Source: an uncultured Bacteroidales bacterium
GTDB lineage: Bacteria > Bacteroidota > Bacteroidia > Bacteroidales > VadinHA17
Direction: 5' to 3'
Assembly (NCBI GenBank): GCA_963732115.1
Contig: CAVSYN010000024.1
Span: forward strand, 66,431 to 130,430
DNA length: 64,000 nucleotides
Shown here one piece after another: positions 47,736-57,030 of this stretch; position 1 is the first letter of the stretch; the number at the start of each line of letters is the position of its first letter. A program made the translations under genes and the position numbers. The notes beneath the pieces were generated by a model. The model worked only from the letters and a program-made list of their open reading frames with translations, was not told the DNA's origin and made no database searches.

Positions 47736-48509
47736 CTATTGTACTTTCCCGAACGATCTGAGCTTTATTTCGGTAAGGATCTTCTTGGTATAAAGCGGAA
47801 AGTCGCCATTCATCATCCATGCATAATACGACGGCTCTTCCTTAAAGACTGCTTCGACTGATTTTCCTTTATGCTTGCCGAAATTAAAGATCTCGACCCC
47901 GTTTTCGTCCATGATTATCCGACCTGCAAAATCGACGAGGTTATTAAACGAACTGTAATCGGCCAGCTTATCGACGTTGTTTTCAAGATCCCGGTACCTG
48001 TCGAGCTGAGCTTTCAGTACTTCAAATGTGGCCTCCACATCAGCTTTTGAGCTATGGGCATTTTCAAGATTCTTTTTGCAGTAGAACAGATAAGCTGCTG
48101 CCAGTGTCCGCTGTTCTTTCTTATAAAAGATGACCTGGACATCAATATATTTCCTCTTCCTGAAACTAAAATCAAAATTGACCCTCAAAAACTCCTCTGC
48201 CAGAACAGGTATGTCAAATTTAACTGCATTGTAACCAGCAAGGTCGCAGCCTTCAAGAAATGCAGCAAGATTTTTGGCTATTTCCTTAAACGTGGGTGCA
48301 TCGGCAACATCTGCATCTTTGATCCCATGAATCGCAGTTGATTTAGGTGGAATGGGCATTTCAGGATTGACCTTGGTGCTCATCCATTCTTCTTTGCCGC
48401 CGGGATTTATTTTCAATGCGGAAATCTCAACAATACGATCGGTCGAAACATTTATTCCTGTTGTTTCGAGATCGATAAAAGCTATTGGACGTCGGAGGTT
48501 AAGTTCCAA
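47736..48509 (-). CDS. DnaQ-like 3'-5' exonuclease
   Basis: 257 aa with ExoI motif FIDLETTG. ExoII/III regions are present. Confidence 0.8.
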   Translation of the reverse strand: MELNLRRPIAFIDLETTGINVSTDRIVEISALKINPGGKEEWMSTKVNPEMPIPPKSTAIHGIKDADVADAPTFKEIAKNLAAFLEGCDLAGYNAVKFDIPVLAEEFLRVNFDFSFRKRKYIDVQVIFYKKEQRTLAAAYLFYCKKNLENAHSSKADVEATFEVLKAQLDRYRDLENNVDKLADYSSFNNLVDFAGRIIMDENGVEIFNFGKHKGKSVEAVFKEEPSYYAWMMNGDFPLYTKKILTEIKLRSFGKVQ

Positions 48510-48512
48510 TTA

Positions 48513-49643
48513 TCAGGCGTTTATCATCATGGGCATAAGGAGCATGAGCAGATCTTCCTTCTCATCATCAGCTTCAGCAGGAAGGAACAGGCCTGCCCGG
48601 GTAGGGTCAGCCAGCTCTATCATAACATCCTGTGACGCAATGTTAGCTAGTATCTCAAGCAGGAAGACTGATTTAAATCCTATCTCCATGTCATCACCCT
48701 CGTAGAGGCACTTGATCTTCTCATAAGCAGAAATTGAAAAATCGATGTCCTGGGCTGAAACCGTCATCTGATTACCCTTAAGCTGAAGCTTCACAAGGTT
48801 GCTGGCCTGATTTGAAAACACCGAAACCCTCTTTAAGGTGTTGTAAAACTCTACCCTGTCGATAGTTACTTTCCTCGGGTTATTTTTCGGAATTACCGAA
48901 ATGTAATTAGGATAATTACCTTCAACAAGCCTGCATACCACTTTATAGTCATTAAGAATAAAGAAAGCGTTTTTATCATCAAACTCAACAGTAACAGGTC
49001 CCTCTTCCCTGGGAAGGATATTTTTAAGCAACGAAGCCGGTTTTTTTGGAAGGATGAACGAAGCATGATCGTCCGCATGAGCGTCTGATCTTTGATATCT
49101 TACTAGTTTGTGTGCATCGGAGGCAACAAACGTGATCTTATCGGTGGCAGCTTCAACGAAAATGCCGCCCATCACGGGACGAAGTTCATCGTCGGCTGTG
49201 GCGAACAGGGTTTTGATTATCCCGGCAAGAACAATGTCGGCTTCAATATTAAAAGTGAATTTCTTATCTTTTTTAATTGAAGGAAGAGCCGGAAAATCGA
49301 TACCGTTCTGACCAACAACATTGAATTTACCATTTTCGGAACTGATAACAACTGCCAGTGTATCAGGATTTATATCAAATGCAAGCGGCTGGACCGAAAA
49401 TTCCTTTAGCGTATCGAGCAGAATCCTTGCAGGAAGTGCAATAGTTCCGTCGCCGGTGGCATTTTCAAGCTTCATCCTGGTAATAAGTGTCGATTCCAGA
49501 TCGGATGCCGTTATTTCGAGATCATTTCCGGAAAGGTTAAAAAGAAAATTATCAAGGATTGGAAGAGTATTCTTCGAGCTGATTACCCTGCTAATTGCCT
49601 GTAAATGGCTAAGGAGTTCTGTGCTGGATACAACGAATTTCAT
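48513..49643 (-). CDS. dnaN: DNA polymerase III beta sliding clamp
   Basis: 376 aa with a clamp-typical N-terminus (MKFVVSSTELLSHLQAISRVISSKNTLPIL) and three-domain length. Confidence 0.9.
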   Translation of the reverse strand: MKFVVSSTELLSHLQAISRVISSKNTLPILDNFLFNLSGNDLEITASDLESTLITRMKLENATGDGTIALPARILLDTLKEFSVQPLAFDINPDTLAVVISSENGKFNVVGQNGIDFPALPSIKKDKKFTFNIEADIVLAGIIKTLFATADDELRPVMGGIFVEAATDKITFVASDAHKLVRYQRSDAHADDHASFILPKKPASLLKNILPREEGPVTVEFDDKNAFFILNDYKVVCRLVEGNYPNYISVIPKNNPRKVTIDRVEFYNTLKRVSVFSNQASNLVKLQLKGNQMTVSAQDIDFSISAYEKIKCLYEGDDMEIGFKSVFLLEILANIASQDVMIELADPTRAGLFLPAEADDEKEDLLMLLMPMMINA

Positions 49644-49678
49644 CTTATATTTGATTTTAAATTACTTTATTGATAGTT

Positions 49679-49824
49679 CAAGTTGCTGGTTACTTGTTTC
49701 TGGTTCCTTGTTGGTTACTGATAAACAGAAAAATATCTCTTTCTGAAGCCAAATAATCAAAAATTTACAAACAATAACAACTCATTTTTTAACAACCAGC
49801 AACAAGCAACCACTTACCAGTAAC
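49679..49824. repeat. long imperfect inverted repeat E4 made of GTTGCTGGTT / AACCAGCAAC words, upstream of dnaN
   Basis: Left arm 49679-49720, right arm 49789-49824 (TTAACAACCAGCAACAAGCAACCAC...), with an AT-rich spacer of about 68 nt. GTTGCTGGTT (49682-49691) is the exact complement of AACCAGCAAC (49794-49803). Confidence 0.55.
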
Positions 49825-49902
49825 TTAGAATAAAACCGTTATTCATCCGTAATTCCGGAGTATCAATATTACAAAAAAAACTGTTAAACTCAAACAAAAT
49901 AT

Positions 49903-50874
49903 TTAGTCAGGGAAGAAATATGACCGCTTTTTAAGTACCGGATCAATGTCGAGATACCTCATAATAAATATTTCATCCATCGCATTTGTTTTTCCCCACA
50001 ACCTGTCAGTGTCCTTTTTCTTAAGGCCATTTTCATCAATCGTGCGTTCCCAGAGGTCCAGTATTATTTTTTCACCACTGGTCTTTTCAACTGAGATTTT
50101 GTACAGAGGGACCTCCTCTTTTATCTTTTCCTTTTCGCCGGCCGGAACATCAAGGGCCCACGATTCCAATGGAACATGCGTAAAATAGGATAAATAACGT
50201 ATTGTACGCGAAGTATCCCAGCCGGTAAGCCTTTTTTTCAAACCATAAAGAATGAACCTGCGGTTTTCATTCCTGATCATAAATGAAGATCCCGTATCAG
50301 ATAAATTTTCAAGGCGGACCGATATAATATCGGATGGAAGAAGATTAAATACGGTATAGGGTCTCCAGAATAATTCATTGACAGTGAAAGCGGAGCCGAT
50401 TTCGGTTTCATGTCCCGGAACACAAACAATAAAAGGTTTCGATCCTTCGCTCATCTTCATTATGTTCCCATAAGTGTTCGAAAGTGTCTTATACACTAAA
50501 AATGACCTGATTACTTTTCTGCGCTCAAATACCCTGACTCTAATAGGATTGATACCTTTTCGGGTAATTTCCGAATTAAACAGATCAGTGGTTACCGGCG
50601 ATTTGATCTGCATTTCAGTGAGTATCTTTAGTATAAACTGGACGCTGCTTTTCCTTGTCTCATACTTCTTGTTTACAATCCATTCTTCCCCTTTCTTTTC
50701 GAGAACAAGATCAGTTGGGCCACCTCTAAATTCGACTTTAGTGATCTCCTTTTTCGGTTTGGAAGCAAATGAACTGTTGCTTCCACCGAACGGTGATCTT
50801 TCATTAACAAAATAAACGATAAGGATTATAATAGGAACAGCGGCCATTATGTATTTCAGGATCTTCTTCGGCAT
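49903..50874 (-). CDS. DUF4340-like membrane-anchored protein (GldG-associated)
   Basis: The internal ATG at 50874 (MPKKILKYIMAAVPIIILIVYF) abuts the gldG stop. The listed ORF 49903..50973 overlaps gldG. Confidence 0.55.
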   Translation of the reverse strand: MPKKILKYIMAAVPIIILIVYFVNERSPFGGSNSSFASKPKKEITKVEFRGGPTDLVLEKKGEEWIVNKKYETRKSSVQFILKILTEMQIKSPVTTDLFNSEITRKGINPIRVRVFERRKVIRSFLVYKTLSNTYGNIMKMSEGSKPFIVCVPGHETEIGSAFTVNELFWRPYTVFNLLPSDIISVRLENLSDTGSSFMIRNENRRFILYGLKKRLTGWDTSRTIRYLSYFTHVPLESWALDVPAGEKEKIKEEVPLYKISVEKTSGEKIILDLWERTIDENGLKKKDTDRLWGKTNAMDEIFIMRYLDIDPVLKKRSYFFPD

Positions 50875-50876
50875 TT

Positions 50877-52613
50877 TCAGCTTTTTGTGTATTTCCTTTT
50901 CCTTAAATACCGGTAGATGGTTACTGCCAATATTACTATCAGAACAGGACCAACTATGTTGATGACCTGCCACCTGAGCCGCTCCTTTTTGATCTTTGCT
51001 GTGTCGAGAAGCCTCAGTTTCAGTTCCCTGGACCTCAGCTCCATGATGCCGTTGTTGTCGACAAGATAGTTCAGGCAGTTGACGAGAAAATCCCTGTTCC
51101 CGTAAATTTCACTTGTATACCTGTCCTGGCCCAGGGTTAACGGGGTTTCAGTAGTACCAACCCTCCTGACCTCATTCCTGATTATATCGCCATCAGCAAT
51201 AACTATCATTTTTGTCTGGCTGCTTTCAGTTTTTACCTTAAAGCTCTGGTTCTTAATAAGATTATCAGTAATCCTGTTCCTGAATGCAGACGGAAACCTG
51301 CCCTCCAGAAGAAGCGCAACCGGTAAATGTGATTTATTGAATTCCCTTTCATCGGGTGTGGTTTCGGCTTCCTTAAGGCTTATCACCAGCGGAGGAGAGA
51401 GGGCACGGGAATAGGCAGAAGTTGCAAGAAGAACCGTTTTTCTGATGTTTTTGTCCAATCCGACAGTGTCAACAGAGCTGGCGAATTCCCCCTTCACTTT
51501 ATTGAGGTTCCGGGTCACGGGATGGTTTTGTGAAGGAGTTAGTTTGGGAAAATAGAACCATGGTGCCGGGACAAACTGCTGGCGGGCCCCACCACTCATC
51601 AGTGCAAGCCTGATAATCATGCAATCAAGGTCCTGGATCACTACAGGATTGATCCTTGCGCCATACCTGAAAAGCTGGTCCTCAATATTAAGTGGCCGGT
51701 AAAGTGCAACTGTTTCCCCATAAACAAGGCTGTCTGAATTTACCTTCACCACATCGATTAGCCAGATAACCTTGCCCCCGTTCATAATATACTGATCCAG
51801 AACAAACTTGTCATTTTCTGTGAACTCCTTTTCAGGACTTGCTATGATTACAGCGGCATATTTGTCAAGGATCCCCGGGGTTCCGTTGATTGCGCCCCTG
51901 TCAATTGTAAAGAATTTTGCGAGGTTCATCGTTATATCCGCTACTTCAATTTCAGGAAGTTCATCGTGCCCCTCAATAAATGCAACCCTGTAAATGGTAT
52001 CAGAACTTAATGTCGCAATAGTCTGTATCATTTCATATTCCAGGCCTTCTGTGGAATGAAGCAGGTTTTCCTCAGCCGAAACGGACTGGTTATTTTTCAG
52101 GAAATTGACAGGAACTTCAATGCCATTGTAATTCACAATCATCCCCGGGAAAATTATTTTTTGACTCGATCCCCCTTCAGCATCTCCTGCATATATTTTG
52201 AAAGGATTAAGTCCTTTTGAAATTAGCGACTCATACTGAGCCTCTCTTTGTTTTGCATTATCTCCTGCAGAAGGATTGATAAAGGAATAGTCCACCTTAC
52301 GTCCTGATGCAATCCTGAATTCATCCAGCATCTCCCTGACTGACCGTTTAAGCCGCTTAAACGGGATGGGCATTTCACCATCCAGATATATCTGGACAAA
52401 AATGTCGCTCTTTACTCCGGACAATACTTTCCGTGTTGGCTCAGAAAGAGTGTATCTTTTATCTTCAGTGAGGTCAAGCCTTATCCTCAGCAACGAGCCT
52501 GCTATTGAGCCAATCATTACAAGGAAGACAATTGCAACGAACTGAAACAGGCTGCGGAGCTTAATATTCTTTGTGTTTGAATTTTCAGCCATAGTCAGCT
52601 CTTTTTCCTCCAT
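50877..52613 (-). CDS. gldG: gliding-motility-associated ABC transporter auxiliary component GldG
   Basis: 578 aa with N- and C-terminal TM anchors and a large periplasmic domain. Lies directly downstream of gldF. The start could be the ATG at 52592. Confidence 0.75.
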   Translation of the reverse strand: MEEKELTMAENSNTKNIKLRSLFQFVAIVFLVMIGSIAGSLLRIRLDLTEDKRYTLSEPTRKVLSGVKSDIFVQIYLDGEMPIPFKRLKRSVREMLDEFRIASGRKVDYSFINPSAGDNAKQREAQYESLISKGLNPFKIYAGDAEGGSSQKIIFPGMIVNYNGIEVPVNFLKNNQSVSAEENLLHSTEGLEYEMIQTIATLSSDTIYRVAFIEGHDELPEIEVADITMNLAKFFTIDRGAINGTPGILDKYAAVIIASPEKEFTENDKFVLDQYIMNGGKVIWLIDVVKVNSDSLVYGETVALYRPLNIEDQLFRYGARINPVVIQDLDCMIIRLALMSGGARQQFVPAPWFYFPKLTPSQNHPVTRNLNKVKGEFASSVDTVGLDKNIRKTVLLATSAYSRALSPPLVISLKEAETTPDEREFNKSHLPVALLLEGRFPSAFRNRITDNLIKNQSFKVKTESSQTKMIVIADGDIIRNEVRRVGTTETPLTLGQDRYTSEIYGNRDFLVNCLNYLVDNNGIMELRSRELKLRLLDTAKIKKERLRWQVINIVGPVLIVILAVTIYRYLRKRKYTKS

Positions 52614-53338
52614 TTGCGTGAAAGCAGAACAAGCCTGGTTGCCTCGTTGAAGATCACAACAATCGCAATAAAATAAATTATATCTCTGAAATCTAGCACT
52701 CCTCTGCTCATCGATTTGTAATGTTCATTTATCCCGAGTCTGATAACGAATTCGTCGATTTTCTTAAGTCCGGGCAGATAGGCAAATGAATCAAATCCCA
52801 TGAAGAGGAAGAACGAGATCAGTACTGCGATAATAAACGCAATTACCTGATTATCTGTTAGTGAAGAAGCAAATAAACCTGCTGATGCGTAGACGGCAGC
52901 TAGAAAGAACAATCCGATAAACGCGCCCAGTGTAGCTCCCCTGTCGATATTTCCGGGTGGAGAACCAAGTTTGTATATTGAAAAATAAAAGACCACGGCC
53001 GGGATCAGCGCAAGGAGGACCAGAACGACTGATGCAAAATATTTTCCATATACTATATTACTTTCAGTCAGAGGTTTTGAGTAGATAAGTTCAATAGTTC
53101 CAAGCCGCTTCTCATCAGCTATCATTTTCATTGTTACGGCAGGGACAAGGAAGAGGAATACCCAGGGAGACAGGAAGAACAGGGTGTCCAGTCCGGCATA
53201 GCCGCTGTCCAGGACATTCCATTCACCTGGGAAGACCCACATGAAAAGAGAATTGATCAGCAGGAAAACGATAATTACTATCAATCCGGTCAGACTGCTG
53301 AAAAATCCTTTTATCTCTTTTTTAAAAATTGCAAACAT
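52595..53338 (-). CDS. gldF: gliding-motility-associated ABC transporter permease GldF
   Basis: 247 aa with 6 TM helices. N-terminus MFAIFKKEIKGFFSSLTG, typical of GldF/ABC-2 permeases. Confidence 0.8.
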   Translation of the reverse strand: MFAIFKKEIKGFFSSLTGLIVIIVFLLINSLFMWVFPGEWNVLDSGYAGLDTLFFLSPWVFLFLVPAVTMKMIADEKRLGTIELIYSKPLTESNIVYGKYFASVVLVLLALIPAVVFYFSIYKLGSPPGNIDRGATLGAFIGLFFLAAVYASAGLFASSLTDNQVIAFIIAVLISFFLFMGFDSFAYLPGLKKIDEFVIRLGINEHYKSMSRGVLDFRDIIYFIAIVVIFNEATRLVLLSRKWRKKS

Positions 53339-53391
53339 AAAATTAATTAACCATCAAAAATACGTAAACCCATGTTCCCATGAATGTTTCG

Positions 53392-54435
53392 TTATAAATT
53401 GTTAATTACTTTTTTAATATTTCCAATGTCTGTTATGATAACACCTGAAAAATAGAACTCTATTATCTCTTTAAATTTGAAACCCTTAGAAGCCATTCCC
53501 ATAGCCCCCTCCTGGCAAAGGCCCACGCCATGTCCATATCCTCTGCCTTTCAGAATAATTGAATCACCTTCGGTGAAAACTGAAAAAAAAGATGACCGGA
53601 GATTCAGATCACTCCTTATCTGCCTGAACGGCAACAGGAAAGAACCTATTCTGTAGTCGATAAGTCTTGTAATTTGCGAAAAATTATAGTTTACCGGATC
53701 TCCTGCTCCCGGAGTGAAACCGGCATTTCTTAGGTAAGCCTGCCATTCTGAAACCGGTAAGGTCTTGCGCCAGACTGCATTTCGTGAACCGGTACAAAAC
53801 GGATCAATAACCTTCTTTATATATGGATGCCCCGAAAGCCAGACCCCGTCTGCGGGAGAAGTCTCCCCTCCGCAGTTTGAGTGAAATGGTGCAATAATGA
53901 GTATACTGTCCCTATCAACCACCACCAGTCCTTTGGTTTCACTTGCTGCCCTGATGACCAGCGAATCCGTGGTGATGCCATTAAACGCCTGACAATGTGT
54001 ATTATCGCATAAATTGTATCTGTCAATAAGATGCCTGTCATAATTCCTGTACACATACGTTCTTGCCAGAACAGCCTGGGATTTAAGGTATTCTAAATTG
54101 CTGATGCCTCCTTCAGCCCTGACCACACCGGAAATATAGTCTTCAATTTCACAGATATTTATGAAAATAATAATGCCAAGATCTGATATGCACTGAAGAT
54201 CACCGCTGTATTGTTGCTGCATTCCCAATCCGCCATTTACCCTCAGAGAAAAATTGTCTTTACCTGTCAGTCCTTCCACAATTAATGAATCACACAGGAA
54301 ACCTGCTGATTGTGCTGTTTTTACAGCAATCTTCCCATCGATTAACGCAAAGACCGCAGGATCATCTTTTGTAAGGATTATCGACTTTCCATCGTAAGCA
54401 TCCAGTTTGTATTTCCCCTGAGTGGCTGTGAACAT
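53392..54435 (-). CDS. SpoIID/LytB-domain protein (N-terminus uncertain)
   Basis: 347-aa ORF with ...HSNCGGETS... and GHGVGLCQEGA motifs. The same frame is open upstream and encodes a signal peptide, but is interrupted by a TAG at 54529-54531 (see findings). Confidence 0.8.
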   Translation of the reverse strand: MFTATQGKYKLDAYDGKSIILTKDDPAVFALIDGKIAVKTAQSAGFLCDSLIVEGLTGKDNFSLRVNGGLGMQQQYSGDLQCISDLGIIIFINICEIEDYISGVVRAEGGISNLEYLKSQAVLARTYVYRNYDRHLIDRYNLCDNTHCQAFNGITTDSLVIRAASETKGLVVVDRDSILIIAPFHSNCGGETSPADGVWLSGHPYIKKVIDPFCTGSRNAVWRKTLPVSEWQAYLRNAGFTPGAGDPVNYNFSQITRLIDYRIGSFLLPFRQIRSDLNLRSSFFSVFTEGDSIILKGRGYGHGVGLCQEGAMGMASKGFKFKEIIEFYFSGVIITDIGNIKKVINNL

Positions 54436-54564
54436 TGCAGATCCTGAATACTTGTCGGCGAAGAGGCGGATCCGTACCTGTCCGGAGGAGGCTATGGAAA
54501 GTAGGATAAGAATAATTTGTAAAAGAATCTACTTCACTGACATATATTTATTAACATCCCCCTT

Positions 54565-54666
54565 CTCCACCACAAAATCTCCCCTGCAAACTGGCTCCTT
54601 CGCTAAATTTGCCCACCGGGCAAATTTTTAACGCTCGGCCCCCCTTCAAAGGGGGAATCCTATTAA
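54565..54666. repeat. intergenic repeat R1 (copy b)
   Basis: CTGGCTCCTTCGCTAAAT at 54591-54608. Hairpin AAATTTGCCC-ACC-GGGCAAATTT at 54605-54627 plus a T-run. Hairpin CCCCCT-TCAA-AGGGGG at 54640-54655. Confidence 0.75.
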
Positions 54667-54727
54667 TGCGCCTTTGAGCCATTGAACCTTTTTCCTTTCG
54701 CCTGCAGCCTGTCGCCTTTTGTCTTGC

Positions 54728-55858
54728 TCACCTTTTTCTGCTCTCCAGCTCCCTTACCATATCCTTTGCGATTCTGCCTGAAGCCCCCGATGGTCCCAGA
54801 ATCTCTTTAACTTTCCTGTAGTCATCCAGCATCTTTTCACGTTTTGAACCACCTGGCAGGATGGACTTCAGTTCTGAAGCCAGGTTTTTCTCAGTGAGTG
54901 AGTATTGGATCAATTCCCTGACTGCTTCGTAACCAGCAATTAGATTGACAAGCGAAATGAACTTCACCTTAATTACAATCCAGCCAATGATCATCGAAAA
55001 GAAGTCGCCTCTGAAACAGACTACCTGAGGAACATTAAACAAAGCTGTTTCAAGAGTCGCAGTGCCGGAGGTAACAAGAGCAGCAGTGGAAATATGCAGA
55101 ATCTCATATGTTTTTTCTTTTACAACCTTTACAGGCTTATTGCCAATGATCCTGTTATAAAGATCATCTGGGAGATTCCTTACACCGGTGACAACAAACT
55201 GATATTCCGGGAAATGATCTGTTGCTTTAATCATCCTGGGAAGTATCTGTTCCACCTCATGACTCCTGCTGCCGGAAAGGAATGCAATAACAGGCTTTTC
55301 CGAAAGTCCAAGCGATCTCCTGATATCCGCTCCTCCGGCGAAAGCAATGCTCCTGTTTTCAATCTCATCCATGAGCGGATTGCCATGATATTCAACTTCG
55401 ATATTATGTTTCCTGTAAAATTCAACCTCGAACGGAAAAATAATATACATCCTGTCAACATTCTTTCTGACTCTTTCGACCCTTCCTTCCTTCCAGGCCC
55501 AGAGCTTTGGTGAGATATAATAGAAGACCCTGAATCCTGATTTTTTTGCAAACTCCGCAATCCTGAAATTAAATCCAGGATAATCAATAAGGATCACAAC
55601 ATCAGGTTTGAATTCACTTATATGCTGTTTGCAAAGTGACAGATTTCTTTTTATTGCACCGAGGTTTTTCAGAACTACCACAAAGCCCATAAAGGCTGTG
55701 TCCTTATAATGCTTGAGAAGCGTGGCTCCTGCAGATTCCATAAGATCACCTCCCCAGCATCTTATCTCAGCATAAACGTCATTTTTATTAAGCTCCTTTA
55801 CGAGATTTGATCCGTGCAGATCACCGGATTGTTCGCCGGCAATAATAAAATACTTCAT
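54728..55858 (-). CDS. lpxB: lipid-A-disaccharide synthase
   Basis: The internal ATG at 55858 gives MKYFIIAGEQSGDLHGSNLVKEL (canonical LpxB N-terminus). The listed ORF extends to 55984. Confidence 0.9.
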   Translation of the reverse strand: MKYFIIAGEQSGDLHGSNLVKELNKNDVYAEIRCWGGDLMESAGATLLKHYKDTAFMGFVVVLKNLGAIKRNLSLCKQHISEFKPDVVILIDYPGFNFRIAEFAKKSGFRVFYYISPKLWAWKEGRVERVRKNVDRMYIIFPFEVEFYRKHNIEVEYHGNPLMDEIENRSIAFAGGADIRRSLGLSEKPVIAFLSGSRSHEVEQILPRMIKATDHFPEYQFVVTGVRNLPDDLYNRIIGNKPVKVVKEKTYEILHISTAALVTSGTATLETALFNVPQVVCFRGDFFSMIIGWIVIKVKFISLVNLIAGYEAVRELIQYSLTEKNLASELKSILPGGSKREKMLDDYRKVKEILGPSGASGRIAKDMVRELESRKR

Positions 55859-56154
55859 ATCAGGATCTTTACAACAAACACCAGTATTGCCCAGAAAAAC
55901 GTGATGCCTAAAACACCCCTGGTAGCTTTCAGCATGTCTAAACGGTTGAATATGAGAAATATGACTATATTCGGAAAAACACAAAGAGAAATAGCATGAG
56001 TAAGGATATCAGCGTTTATTATCCTATGGATATATTCTGTAAGACTCTGGTTAGCAGTTGAAAAAAGAAAAACCGCGAGACCGATCAAAATTGGCAACAG
56101 AAAGCCTGAAACGGCGCCCAGTGATATCTTATCGTATTTTTCGGTTCGTGTCAT
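55855..56154 (-). CDS. small membrane protein, hypothetical
   Basis: 99 aa with 3 TM helices. Start and stop overlap the surE stop and lpxB start (TAATG / ATGA). Confidence 0.6.
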   Translation of the reverse strand: MTRTEKYDKISLGAVSGFLLPILIGLAVFLFSTANQSLTEYIHRIINADILTHAISLCVFPNIVIFLIFNRLDMLKATRGVLGITFFWAILVFVVKILI

Positions 56155-56933
56155 TAACAGAACCGTTCCTTTAGTTTATCCTTATACCAGTGGGCTGTCA
56201 TATCGACTGAAACCGGAACCACCGAAACATATCCGTTATTCAATGCCCACTCATCAGTATCGATGGCATCGGGCTCCTGATTCTGGAACATGCCGGTAAG
56301 CCAGTAATATGTTCTTCCCATGGGATCCTTTCTCTTTTCAAATTCCTCCTTCCAGTTTCCCCTGGCCTGGCGACAGATCAGAATGCCTTTGATCTTATCC
56401 TCGGGCAGTGCCGGAACATTTACATTCAGGCAGACGCCAGGAGGAAGAGACTCTGCAGCCAGTTTTTGCATTACAATCCTGATATATTTTTTACAGACTG
56501 AGAAATCAGCTGTTCGTGAAAAGTCATTAAGGGAAAAACCTACAGAGTTGATGCCATAAAGACAGCCCTCAATCGCAGCTGCCATGGTTCCAGAATAAAG
56601 AACGCTCACTGAAGCATTGGCGCCGTGGTTAATCCCTGATACAACCCAGTCGGGTTTCCTGTCGACCAACTGATTAACAGCCAGTTTAATACCATCGGTT
56701 GGAGTCCCGTTGCAGGTATAGATCCTTCGCTTTTCATTTTCTTCAAGCAGCTTGACCCTGAGGGGAGTTTTAACAGTCAGAGCCTGCGACATTCCCGACA
56801 TGCTTTCAATAGTTGAGACCAGTATTACCTTCCCGAACTCTTCCATCACTTCAATAAGGGTCTTCAGCCCGTTTGCATACAATCCGTCATCGTTTGTGAT
56901 CAGTATAAGCCTGTCGTCTTGCTCAAGAACCAT
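56154..56933 (-). CDS. surE: 5'/3'-nucleotidase SurE
   Basis: 259 aa with ILITNDDGLYANG and GINHGANAS motifs. Confidence 0.9.
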   Translation of the reverse strand: MVLEQDDRLILITNDDGLYANGLKTLIEVMEEFGKVILVSTIESMSGMSQALTVKTPLRVKLLEENEKRRIYTCNGTPTDGIKLAVNQLVDRKPDWVVSGINHGANASVSVLYSGTMAAAIEGCLYGINSVGFSLNDFSRTADFSVCKKYIRIVMQKLAAESLPPGVCLNVNVPALPEDKIKGILICRQARGNWKEEFEKRKDPMGRTYYWLTGMFQNQEPDAIDTDEWALNNGYVSVVPVSVDMTAHWYKDKLKERFC

Positions 56934-57030
56934 GTATAAAAGTGTTTAAGTTACAAAGATAGAGAAATACCCTTTCGGTGAATTAAAATGTTTACTTTTG
57001 CAGTTTTGATAATTCGTTTAACCAACCATC

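Noticed and set aside
49644-49902. Possible replication origin next to dnaN
   Set aside because: I could not find any DnaA-box-like TTATCCACA/TGTGGATAA motifs in this gap, and dnaA is not adjacent. The only structure here is the word-built inverted repeat. No basis for calling oriC.
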